64,000 nt of DNA, from the IMG/VR virus record IMGVR_UViG_3300020577_005362, positions 2,218 through 66,217 of that record; one strand, 5' to 3'. Below, in pieces: positions 56,196-64,000 of this stretch; positions within the stretch are counted from its first letter, which is position 1, and each line of letters starts with the position of its first letter. The DNA comes from a virus. The position numbers and the translations under genes are program-made. The notes beneath the pieces are model-generated. The model saw only the letters and a list, made by a program, of their open reading frames with translations, did not search any database and was not told the origin of the DNA.

Positions 56196-57067
56196 GCTGC
56201 GGCCTCCCCGAACCAGCGGCGCTTCAACGAGACGAACTGCATGTCCTCGATGAACGCGAGCAGCGCGTCGCGGTCCTCGTTCGCCGCTGCGAGCGTTTCG
56301 ATCTCAGGCAACGGTTCGACGTCGTCGAACAGTTTCGCCAAGCGCAAGGACAGTCGCGCGGACGCCGCGTTTTCGAGAATGGCGCTGCGGATACGTGGAG
56401 AGCAGCCGCATTGGTCGGCATTCGTCGCGAGCCCGACCAGGGCCTCCTCGAGCCCACCCCAGCGGTTGATCACGTCGCGGCCGTAAACAGTTCCGACACC
56501 ATCAACGCCAGGGATGCCATCGATCGCATCGCCCCATAGCGCTTGCACGTGCGGCACGAGATGCGGCGCAACGCCGAATTTCTTGAGGCAGTCGGCCTCG
56601 TTGACATAGCGGCCCTTCATCCAATCGAAGAAACGCACGCCAGGTCGGAGGAGCTGGAGGTAGTCCTTGTCGTTCGTGAACAGGGTCACGTCGAGCCCAG
56701 CGGCACTAGCACGGCGCACGTAGGTCGCGACGACATCGTCGGCTTCCTCGCCCTCGACCTCGACCACAGGGAAACCGACAGCGCGGGCGGCGGCGCGCAC
56801 AAGGTCATATTGCGCGAGCAGCGCCGAGGGCTTTTCGTTGCGGTGGGCCTTGTAGCCGGGATGCGCCGCGATGCGGCGGCGGCTGCCGCCATTGCCGTCG
56901 AAAACTACAGCCGCATGCGTGTGAACGTAACCGTAGCGGATTTCGCTCATGTGCTGGATGAAGCCAAACACCGCCCCTACAGGATGGCCATCGCGGGGGC
57001 GCGTCAGGTGCTTGTGCTGATGAAAAGAGCGGTGCATGTAGGACGAGCCGTCGATCAATAAGAACAT
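56192..57067 (-). CDS. 5'-3' exonuclease/flap endonuclease (PolA N-terminal-like)
   Basis: LIDGSSY, VVFD, YKAHR, EADDVVAT, TNDKDYLQL, GDAIDGIPGVDGVG. Confidence 0.93.
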   Translation of the reverse strand: MFLLIDGSSYMHRSFHQHKHLTRPRDGHPVGAVFGFIQHMSEIRYGYVHTHAAVVFDGNGGSRRRIAAHPGYKAHRNEKPSALLAQYDLVRAAARAVGFPVVEVEGEEADDVVATYVRRASAAGLDVTLFTNDKDYLQLLRPGVRFFDWMKGRYVNEADCLKKFGVAPHLVPHVQALWGDAIDGIPGVDGVGTVYGRDVINRWGGLEEALVGLATNADQCGCSPRIRSAILENAASARLSLRLAKLFDDVEPLPEIETLAAANEDRDALLAFIEDMQFVSLKRRWFGEAAA

Positions 57068-57357
57068 GCGAGCGGCCCCGTCAGCTTGCGACCCGATGCC
57101 CGCTCTTCACGCGCGTCCAGGTCCTTGAGCACCAGCGCCAGGATCGCCTTGATCACGGCAATCCGATTGAGCTCATGCTCGGAGAATCGGCGCGCCGCAG
57201 CGTCGAGCGCCATCGTCACTGAAAGGCGCGCGATCTCGATGCGGTCGTCGGCGAGCAGCCCCTGCGCTTCGACGCTGCCCCACAGCAGATTGAGATAATG
57301 CTCGGCCTCAAGCTCTGCGCGCTCGACAGCGGTGCGTGGATTTATGCTGCGTGCCAC
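57055..57357 (-). CDS. Hypothetical protein
   Basis: GTG start overlapping the upstream stop. Confidence 0.5.
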   Translation of the reverse strand: MARSINPRTAVERAELEAEHYLNLLWGSVEAQGLLADDRIEIARLSVTMALDAAARRFSEHELNRIAVIKAILALVLKDLDAREERASGRKLTGPLACSY

Positions 57358-57878
57358 TTGTTCTTTTCCCTCTTCCACTTCTCGATGTTGACCCCGGTGA
57401 CCTGCTCGATGATGTCGAAAACCTTGTTGCAGACCTCGTTGAACGTGCGCGCCCCGACGCGCTTGGCGTCCTCGTCCTTGAAGCTGAGGGATTTCGGCCG
57501 CCAGACCGTGATGCCGGTCACCTCGCCCGTCTTCTGATCGACCATCGGTGTCAGGCGCGTGTGCATCGCCTCCTCTCCGAACGCGCGCCGATTGGCGCGG
57601 GTGATGGCGATCAGGTGCTCGACCGAGCAGCCGGGCGGCCGAACGGTCAGCTCGCTCTCGCAATGCTTGGCTTCGATCAAAAGCCAGGAACGCAAGTGCG
57701 GTTCGTCGATGGGCTGGAAAGGATGGCTTTCGGGCCAATTCTCCAGCGCCATGCGCAGGACGACGAAGAAAAAGCCATGGTGCGCGGCCGATCGGTCGTG
57801 CGGGTCCTTGTTCCCGCACGTGGGGCACCGCCCCTCACGCGATGACAGCCCCGAATTGTGACCGATGCCCGGCTCCAT
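57342..57878 (-). CDS. NinB/DUF1367-like recombination accessory protein
   Basis: HHGFFF..LR.WL..PKSLSF. Confidence 0.6.
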   Translation of the reverse strand: MEPGIGHNSGLSSREGRCPTCGNKDPHDRSAAHHGFFFVVLRMALENWPESHPFQPIDEPHLRSWLLIEAKHCESELTVRPPGCSVEHLIAITRANRRAFGEEAMHTRLTPMVDQKTGEVTGITVWRPKSLSFKDEDAKRVGARTFNEVCNKVFDIIEQVTGVNIEKWKREKNKWHAA

Positions 57879-57891
57879 GCCGCCCCCCCCC

Positions 57892-58239
57892 TCAAGACAT
57901 CAAGGGCTTCAGCACGCGCTCAAGCGCGGCGATGCGCTTTTCGAGCGTCGTCAAACGGTCGTCGTTCGTGTCCTTGGGTTCGGACTTGTTCAACAGCGAC
58001 CCGAAGGCTTCGCGGCGCACGAAGCTCACGGTGCCCTTGGCGACGCCAGCCTCTTCTGCGATGCGCGCATCGTTCCAGCCGTCCGCGTACGTGTAGACAT
58101 CGCCGCTGACGGTGCCGTGCTTTTGCAGGAGGTCACGCACCTTGAAAGCTTCGACGAAACCTGCGCGCTGCAGGGTCTTTTTCGCCTTCGGTGCGTGTCC
58201 GTTGGTGAAAACCTCATTGAGTTCTTCGATGGTCGCCAT
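57892..58239 (-). CDS. Hypothetical HTH protein
   Basis: YADGWNDARIAEE..VRREAFG. Confidence 0.6.
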   Translation of the reverse strand: MATIEELNEVFTNGHAPKAKKTLQRAGFVEAFKVRDLLQKHGTVSGDVYTYADGWNDARIAEEAGVAKGTVSFVRREAFGSLLNKSEPKDTNDDRLTTLEKRIAALERVLKPLMS

Positions 58240-58265
58240 TTTCAATTCCTTTTTTGGGGTGGCAG

Positions 58266-58616
58266 TCACAGGTAAAGGGACGCGAGACAGCCGACCGTGA
58301 GCGCGAGCGCACCCGGCAGAAAGGTGATTGCGAGGATGAGCCACACGGGGCTTTCCGAGACGTCGGTGGGGTCTTTTCTGCGGGGCATGCCGCGTGCCAA
58401 GTGGGCCATGGCGATGATGCCGATGCCCGCGGCGGTGCTGATCTGCGGCGCGCCGAGCCCGGTGATGAACCAGCCCCACAGGATCGCGAACACGTAGCCG
58501 TTCCAGACGATGCCGCCGACGGTCGCCAGCGCGAACATGACCAGCGTCATCACGGTCCAGAACAGTTCGAACATCAGGCGCGCGAAATCCGCGCGCGCAC
58601 GGCTAGTCTGATCCAT
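58266..58616 (-). CDS. Three-TM membrane protein
   Basis: GYVFAILWGWFI motif. Confidence 0.65.
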   Translation of the reverse strand: MDQTSRARADFARLMFELFWTVMTLVMFALATVGGIVWNGYVFAILWGWFITGLGAPQISTAAGIGIIAMAHLARGMPRRKDPTDVSESPVWLILAITFLPGALALTVGCLASLYL

Positions 58617-58945
58617 CAATTCCCCCTGCTTTTGCGTTGTGCGAGTTCTGCGATCTTGCTGCGCGCTTCCTCGGCCTGTTTGTCCGGCAAGCCGCCGACG
58701 CCGCAGTGCGGGCAGGCATGGAAGTCGGGCGGCAATTTGATCAGGCTGATCTGGCGGCGCGTGCCCGGCGCGCCGCGCTGCACGTAGCCTGCGGCCTCCA
58801 GTCGCCGCACCTGCGTGTAATAGCTCTCCATGCTGACGATGCCCCACGCCTGCCTAAGCTCGCGCACGCTGGGCGAGACGCCCATGCGCTCGAATTCGTG
58901 CAGGACGATCAGGGCCTCGCGATCCCGAACCGACAGCCCGCTCAT
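58616..58945 (-). CDS. LexA-like DNA-binding-domain protein without peptidase
   Basis: GVSPSVRELRQAWG..LEAAGYVQR..RQISL; CPHCG. Confidence 0.8.
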   Translation of the reverse strand: MSGLSVRDREALIVLHEFERMGVSPSVRELRQAWGIVSMESYYTQVRRLEAAGYVQRGAPGTRRQISLIKLPPDFHACPHCGVGGLPDKQAEEARSKIAELAQRKSRGN

Positions 58946-59856
58946 GCGCTGGCCTTCTCGATGCGGGCTTCGGCTTCGTCATAAATGGCGTAGGCACGCT
59001 CGCGCTGGTCGATGGGCATGGGCCCCTCGATCTCGGCGTCGAACGGGCGCCATGCGGTCGCGAGTTCGTCCGAGGTCCGGCAGGCGTCGAGCGCCTTCTT
59101 GAGGCGAGCCAGTAGGCCCTCGACATCGAAGGCGCCCGTCTGATCGGCGAACACGTCGTCGAGCGGCGCCGGCGCGTCTTGGGCCGGGCCGGGCAGCGAC
59201 TTGCGCGGCGTCACATCGACCATTTCGTTAAACTCGGGCGCCATTTCTTCGCGCACCATCATGCCGCGCGTAGCGTCGCTCGCGCCGTCCTTGCAGCAGA
59301 AGCCGAAGGCGCGCCATTCGAGCATGCGGTCGGGGAAGCGATACCAGGGGCTATCGTTGACGGCCTCGTAGAATTCGCCGCCGCGCCCCTTGCGGCGAAC
59401 CTTATCGCGTTCGTCCCAGAGGCGAGCACGCTTGGCGTCGGCAACCGAGAACCGTTTCTCAATCGTTTGGCCGTCCGGGCGCGTGATCTTGGCGTAGCCG
59501 CAGCGCATTTCGCCCGTGCCCTCGATCCGCTTCTCGATTTTGAAGCCCTTCGACCAGAGGACGGCGGTCAGCAAATCGCCGTAAATCATCGCCTTGCCGT
59601 TGATGATGGCGATGTTCTGCACCGCCTGCATGGCGGGCAGCCCGAGTTCGAGCCCTTGCATCACCGCCATCGTTGCCTTGGCAATCGCGGCGTCCTGGTT
59701 GTCGTCTTTCGATCCCGACAACCCGGCCATCACGGCCATCTTCGCAAGGCGGGTGACCTCGTCGAACGTGGTCGGGTTAAACGAGCGCAGAGCAGCGCCT
59801 GCCTGCATCGCCGGGGCCGACTGTTTGGCCGGGAGCTTCGCGACTGTTTCAGACAT
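58942..59856 (-). CDS. RecT-like single-strand annealing protein
   Basis: QGLELGLPAMQAVQNIAIINGK, FSVADAKRARLW, PWYRFPDRML. Confidence 0.8.
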   Translation of the reverse strand: MSETVAKLPAKQSAPAMQAGAALRSFNPTTFDEVTRLAKMAVMAGLSGSKDDNQDAAIAKATMAVMQGLELGLPAMQAVQNIAIINGKAMIYGDLLTAVLWSKGFKIEKRIEGTGEMRCGYAKITRPDGQTIEKRFSVADAKRARLWDERDKVRRKGRGGEFYEAVNDSPWYRFPDRMLEWRAFGFCCKDGASDATRGMMVREEMAPEFNEMVDVTPRKSLPGPAQDAPAPLDDVFADQTGAFDVEGLLARLKKALDACRTSDELATAWRPFDAEIEGPMPIDQRERAYAIYDEAEARIEKASA

Positions 59857-60073
59857 TGGCGCCCTCCTTCTCGGCGGGCTCGAACTTGCCGCGCACATGG
59901 GCGCCGAAGAACTTCCCCGCGCTCTCGGCCTTGGCGAAGTCGTCGAACAGGGTCTCTGGCACGTCGGCGTAGCGGTAGCTTTTGCCGTTGTTCATGGTGA
60001 CGGTCAGGATGCCCTTGTTCCAGGCGATCCCCGTCAGCCACGAGGCATTGGTAAAAGTGACGTGCTTACTCAT
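59849..60073 (-). CDS. KTSC domain protein
   Basis: YRYADVPE..AESAGKFFGAHVRGKF. Confidence 0.85.
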   Translation of the reverse strand: MSKHVTFTNASWLTGIAWNKGILTVTMNNGKSYRYADVPETLFDDFAKAESAGKFFGAHVRGKFEPAEKEGANV

Positions 60074-60605
60074 CGTCGTGCTCCATGGGGTCGGTTGATA
60101 GGGTGGCGCCACCAAGATCCGCGACGAGATCGCGAGCCTCGGCGTCGATACTGTCGCTTTCGAAGAGTTGGTCGGCGTTGCGCTCGATGATGTCGGCGAT
60201 CTCGGCAAACGACTTGCCCGCATCGTTGAGTTGCGCGAGCGATGTGGTCTTGCCGTCGAGCACAAGTTCGCCGTCCTCGGAGGTGAGGCCAAGCCACGCC
60301 TGCACCATCGGCGAAGTGAATTCCTCACTCCTCGCATTGCACTCGCAATCGCTGCCGTCTTCCCAGGTCAATTCGCTGCATGTCGGGCAAGTCGTGTCCG
60401 TGAGCTTGCGCGCCTTGACGACGGCCTGCTGCTGATCCTGAAAAGTCGTGCCGTCCCACGTGCCAAGCCCGCTCAACTCGCAGGCCACACCGAGGCAGCA
60501 GAAGCGGGCAGGCCCTTCAAAGTCGGTCTTCCGAAGCGCCTTCTGAGCTTGCAGCCACTTGCCGCTACGCAGTTCTTCGACCCAGCGTTTTGCGTTCTCG
60601 TTCAT
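60066..60605 (-). CDS. Conserved phage protein (WVxxLRSG..FCCLGV)
   Basis: Recurrent motifs; LND..SF.EIADIIE. Confidence 0.7.
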   Translation of the reverse strand: MNENAKRWVEELRSGKWLQAQKALRKTDFEGPARFCCLGVACELSGLGTWDGTTFQDQQQAVVKARKLTDTTCPTCSELTWEDGSDCECNARSEEFTSPMVQAWLGLTSEDGELVLDGKTTSLAQLNDAGKSFAEIADIIERNADQLFESDSIDAEARDLVADLGGATLSTDPMEHDDE

Positions 60606-60607
60606 GA

Positions 60608-61663
60608 TCAGGCCACCTTCGCGACTTGCACGATCTTCGTGCCTTGCGGCGCAGATCCGGTTTCCTTCCAGTCGCGGCGCGCGAGCTTGAGAAACAGTTC
60701 GGCAACCTCCGAATGGTTCTGGTAGCGGTCGAACAGTGCGCCGAGATCGTCGATCTCCAGAACCGCCTCTTGTCGGAATGACAAGGCGCGGCCAGTGTCG
60801 GACTGGATCTTGGTCTGCGGGGCAGGGGCGAGGTTTTCGATGTTGGGCGGCGGCGGCGGGGTCTTCCCCTTCGCTTCCGCCTTGGCGACCTTCTTGGCGT
60901 GCGCCTCCTCGATCTTGCGGCGTGCCGCTTCGGCGGCGTCGAGTTCCGCCTGCTTGAACGCCGCGATCAGCGTGCGCAGATGCTTCACCGCCTCGTCACA
61001 CGTCTTGATCGAGGGGTTGTATTTCTTGTCGACGGCGCGCCCGGCTTCGAGATGCGGCGCCTTCTCGATTTCGTGTGCCTTAGACGCCTTCGAGGAAAGG
61101 TCGCGCAAGACGCCGACCTTGTTGGTTGCGGTTTGGACCTGCGCCTGATCCGTGATCTTGTTGCCGATGGTCTTCAGCCAGCCGCGCAGGCTATCCGCCG
61201 CGTCCTTCATTTCCTCAAGAAGCGAGGGGCCGCCGTTGTGGCCGATGACGGGCGCAACAGCTTGCGGCGGCGTTGAGGGGGAGGGTTGCGCGCCGACCGT
61301 CGTGGCCACAGTCAGCCCCTCCCCCTCTGCCGCAACCGGCTTAGCCTCTTCTCCTGGCCAGCGGCCGTGCGCGAAGAAATAGTTGCAGGACTGTTCGTCG
61401 ATGGGCTCGTAGGCAAGATCGAGCCACACCGCGATCAGATCCTCGGCCATGTCGTCGCCGATGCGGCAGATGAGCTGGCCTTGCGAATTGTAGCGGATGA
61501 ACGCGCCGACCCAGCCGCCGCGCCGCTTGGCGCGATAAAAGCCGGGGTGCGGGTCGCCGTCGTGGATGCCGACGAGATCCTTGCCGTCGCGCTTGAGGGC
61601 GAGGTTGCGGTGCCAGTGGCGCATGGCGGGCGGAATGCGGGGCGTCGTAGTGTTGGGGGTCAT
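60608..61663 (-). CDS. Gp157/Gam-like coiled-coil recombination-operon protein
   Basis: PHPGFYR N-domain, IGHNG linker, EKAPHLEAGRAVD. Confidence 0.65.
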   Translation of the reverse strand: MTPNTTTPRIPPAMRHWHRNLALKRDGKDLVGIHDGDPHPGFYRAKRRGGWVGAFIRYNSQGQLICRIGDDMAEDLIAVWLDLAYEPIDEQSCNYFFAHGRWPGEEAKPVAAEGEGLTVATTVGAQPSPSTPPQAVAPVIGHNGGPSLLEEMKDAADSLRGWLKTIGNKITDQAQVQTATNKVGVLRDLSSKASKAHEIEKAPHLEAGRAVDKKYNPSIKTCDEAVKHLRTLIAAFKQAELDAAEAARRKIEEAHAKKVAKAEAKGKTPPPPPNIENLAPAPQTKIQSDTGRALSFRQEAVLEIDDLGALFDRYQNHSEVAELFLKLARRDWKETGSAPQGTKIVQVAKVA

Positions 61664-61676
61664 TTGGTGGGGTCCG

Positions 61677-61793
61677 TCACGAGATTGCGAAATAGACGAG
61701 GATGCCGAGAAGGGTTGCCGTCAGCGAGGCCGCCGTCACGAGAAAGGCGACGCGCGCGCCCCCGCCGAGGCCATGGTCGTTGATGTCGAGCAT
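61677..61793 (-). CDS. 38-aa TM peptide
   Basis: AFLVTAASLTATLLGILVYFAIS. Confidence 0.45.
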   Translation of the reverse strand: MLDINDHGLGGGARVAFLVTAASLTATLLGILVYFAIS

Positions 61794-61942
61794 TTGGGTT
61801 GCATTTCATGTCTCCACGCGCACGGTGAACGTCAGTACACGGATGAAATAGGTGGGGCGGCGCTCAACGCCCGCTTTTGCGCCGCCCCTATCCTTCAGGC
61901 CTATGCCCCCGCTGCCGAACGGCCTCGCCTGAAGGAGTTCGA

Positions 61943-62308
61943 TTAGACGTCGGGGTCGCTGTCGTCGGTGAAGCCGGAAAAACCCACCATCCAACCGCGC
62001 ACGTCGTCGAGCTTGTGGCTGACGCGGGCCAATCGGTCGTAGACGAACGGATCGCCCCCCGAGAGCAGGTCGCCGATCTCAGCCTTCAGGCGCCGAAGGG
62101 CGGCTTCGGCGTGCCCGATGGCGCTCTCGATGTCGCGGTGGGTGACAGGGTCTGCGCCGAGGATGCAGCTGCGCAGGATGGGTGACTTTGGGACCACGTG
62201 AGCCAGCCCGCTTGCCAGTCCAGGGGCATCGTCGGGTCGAAGGATCGCCCCTGCTGCGCCGCCATCCAGCCCTGCACCAGCGCCTGCGTGTCCGTGCTCG
62301 TATTGCAT
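61943..62308 (-). CDS. Hypothetical protein (start uncertain)
   Basis: C-terminal half looks helical; N-terminal half overlaps an Rmf-like alternative frame. Confidence 0.5.
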   Translation of the reverse strand: MQYEHGHAGAGAGLDGGAAGAILRPDDAPGLASGLAHVVPKSPILRSCILGADPVTHRDIESAIGHAEAALRRLKAEIGDLLSGGDPFVYDRLARVSHKLDDVRGWMVGFSGFTDDSDPDV

Positions 62309-62446
62309 GGGGGGCCCTTTTCCTGCATTTTCATCCGTCCGGGGCACTGCCGAAGTTTTGGGGTTATTTGGGGTGCGCCAGAACATAAATAAGAACATAG
62401 CCCCAAATCGGTCCATTTGACAAGAGTGTGGCAAGGGGTATTTTTA

Positions 62447-62461
62447 GAACAAGGCGAGAAC
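62447..62461. promoter_or_regulatory. Alphaproteobacterial LexA (SOS) box
   Basis: GAAC-aaggcga-GAAC (N7) in an AT-rich region upstream of the leftward operon. Confidence 0.7.
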
Positions 62462-62664
62462 ATATACGAAAACATCATATGAAACAGGGGGTTGATATGG
62501 CGAAAAATAGTATTCCGCGACCTGTGGGCAAGTTGGGTTGCAGGGGCCGCGTGGATGGCTTATGCGTTCCGATCAGTAGACCGCTGGCGGCAATGCGTGG
62601 CCTTGGCCCGACCATTGTCGGGCTAAAAATGTTATCTAGGGCAAAGGATTGGGACTTATATAGT

Positions 62665-62808
62665 TCACTCCCTTTCCTCACGTTTCGCCTTCCTTTCCGC
62701 CTTTTTGATTTGGTCCCGCATCTTCGTGGCGGCGACCCCTTTGTCCTTGGGACGGTAGGCGAGAACGCGACTGGTGATCGCGTCGAGTGCTTTCAGGATT
62801 TCGGTCAT
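62665..62808 (-). CDS. Small ORF downstream of the IS1595 transposase
   Basis: MTEILKALDAITSRVLAYRPK; ATGA-coupled. Confidence 0.6.
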   Translation of the reverse strand: MTEILKALDAITSRVLAYRPKDKGVAATKMRDQIKKAERKAKREERE

Positions 62809-63722
62809 GCGATCAGGGCCTTGTAGGTGAGCCGCTTGCCATTGGCGGCGAACAGGAGGGAGGCGATGCGATCCAGCGTGTGCCGGGCAACGTCGCCGTC
62901 GTTGAGGCGGAACGTGAACTCGCTGACGTAGCGATCCAGATGCTTCGGACTGGCGTGGTGATAGACGCCGTGAAGGCCGCGCTTCATGACCGCCCACACG
63001 CTCTCGATAGAGTTGGTATGAACGCCGTCGCGGACGTATTCACCCGACCCGTGGTTGATACTCTCGTGGGTATAGAACAGCCCGTCGAGCCCGAGGTATC
63101 CGCCATGCTCGTCCGTGTGGAGCGTCGAGCCCGGCTCGACGTGGCCGTGGACGGCGCGGTGGAGCGTATTGGCAGACGTGTTCGGGATGACCCCGGCCTT
63201 CGTCCGACCGCCCTTCTCGCGCATCCCCAGCACGGCAGTCTTACCGACCGCGCCGCGACCAGCGTTGAGCTTCTTGCCCTTGTGCTTGTTGGCTTCCTTC
63301 CCACCAACATACATCTCGTCGATCTCGACGAAGCCGCGCAGGACGGTCGGGTCATTGCCACAGGCTTCGCGGAGCCGCTGAAGCATGAACCACGCGGATT
63401 TCTGCGTGACCCCGATTTGCTTCGCCAGTTGCATCGACGAGATGCCCTTGCGGGAGGTGACGAGCAGATACATGGCGTAGAGCCACTTATGGAGCGGGAT
63501 GTGAGACCGCTCAAAGATGGTCGCCGTGCGGACGGTGAAGTCAGTCTTGCAGGCGTTGCAGCGGTAGAAACCGCCCTTGCGTGTGGTGATCCGCTGGGCC
63601 TCGTCGCAGGCCGGGCAGACGGCGCCGTCAGGCCACCGTTTGCCCTCCATGTAGACCCGCGCGGCCTCCGCGTCGGGGAACATTTCGAAAAGCTGGAACG
63701 TGGAGATGGTGGACTTGCTCAC
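62805..63722 (-). CDS. IS1595-family DDE transposase
   Basis: RWPDGAVCPAC..YRCNAC Zn ribbon, KGISSMQL, VEIDEMYVGG, LHTDE, HTNSIESVW. Confidence 0.96.
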   Translation of the reverse strand: MSKSTISTFQLFEMFPDAEAARVYMEGKRWPDGAVCPACDEAQRITTRKGGFYRCNACKTDFTVRTATIFERSHIPLHKWLYAMYLLVTSRKGISSMQLAKQIGVTQKSAWFMLQRLREACGNDPTVLRGFVEIDEMYVGGKEANKHKGKKLNAGRGAVGKTAVLGMREKGGRTKAGVIPNTSANTLHRAVHGHVEPGSTLHTDEHGGYLGLDGLFYTHESINHGSGEYVRDGVHTNSIESVWAVMKRGLHGVYHHASPKHLDRYVSEFTFRLNDGDVARHTLDRIASLLFAANGKRLTYKALIA

Positions 63723-63916
63723 AGGTCGTATTCCGAAGCTACGCCCGTCAGGAAGAACTCATGCTCAAGGTGGTGTAGCTCGGCCTTGAGTTCTTCGATG
63801 TCCGCAGCGTCCATGCTGGGATCGCCTTGGGCCTCGTGAAGGTAGTTGCGAGCCGCTTCGATCTCCAAGGCGAGAGCGCGAGCGCGGCGGTAGTTGGGGC
63901 GAAGAACAGTATTCAT
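63719..63916 (-). CDS. Passenger hypothetical protein
   Basis: RBS aaggag; overlaps the transposase start. Confidence 0.6.
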   Translation of the reverse strand: MNTVLRPNYRRARALALEIEAARNYLHEAQGDPSMDAADIEELKAELHHLEHEFFLTGVASEYDL

Positions 63917-64000
63917 GCGAAGGCTCCTTTCAGGAGGTCATGGAAGCTGGAAGGTCGCGCGAGGCGAAGCCGAAGAACCGGGCACGCTCGTTGTGCATTC

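Larger units (their letters stand above)
1..64000. mobile_element. Temperate myovirus genome segment (alphaproteobacterial host), unintegrated configuration
   Basis: Terminase, portal, capsid, sheath, tube, baseplate, lysis, integrase and recombination modules in lambdoid order; no host housekeeping operons; lysis genes joined to the integrase through an intact attP. Confidence 0.95.
62651..64000 (-). mobile_element. IS1595-family element with passenger ORFs; other end outside the window
   Basis: Transposase plus terminal sequence GGGACTTATATAGTTCACTCCC at 62651 resembling IS1595 TIRs. Confidence 0.8.

Overview
The whole window is most of one temperate, contractile-tailed (myovirus) phage of an alphaproteobacterium, probably Hyphomicrobiales. 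Host clues: a tRNA-His fragment lacking G-1, a GAAC-N7-GAAC SOS box and the SSB sequence. Gene order: replication/methylation genes (DUF1376 initiator with internal iterons, split T7/Twinkle-type primase-helicase, SSB, beta-clamp, SNF2 helicase, DNA MTase; 1-9.6 kb); an accessory region of small genes and morons (9.6-20 kb); packaging/head (20-29 kb); tail, baseplate and fibres (29-47 kb); lysis (47-50 kb); an intact attP beside a tyrosine integrase (51.6-52.9 kb); a leftward early recombination operon (53-62 kb); and an IS1595-family element running off the right end. The intact attP implies the excised, circular or virion form. The repressor/cro region is not visible. Most notable observations: (i) a moron at 16.4-18.6 kb in which an RHH repressor appears to control a small membrane peptide, a complete type II hammerhead ribozyme and a TM/coiled-coil/winged-helix protein, flanked by GAAACNGT repeats and a near-perfect chromosomal parS site; (ii) a free-standing paralog of the tail-fibre tip domain about 33 kb from the tail genes; (iii) an attP carrying the 5' half of tRNA-His plus a replacement promoter; (iv) a 19-nt element repeated before three structural genes; (v) a catalytically degenerate resolvase that looks co-opted as a regulator. 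All calls come from motif recognition by eye; no database searches were run.
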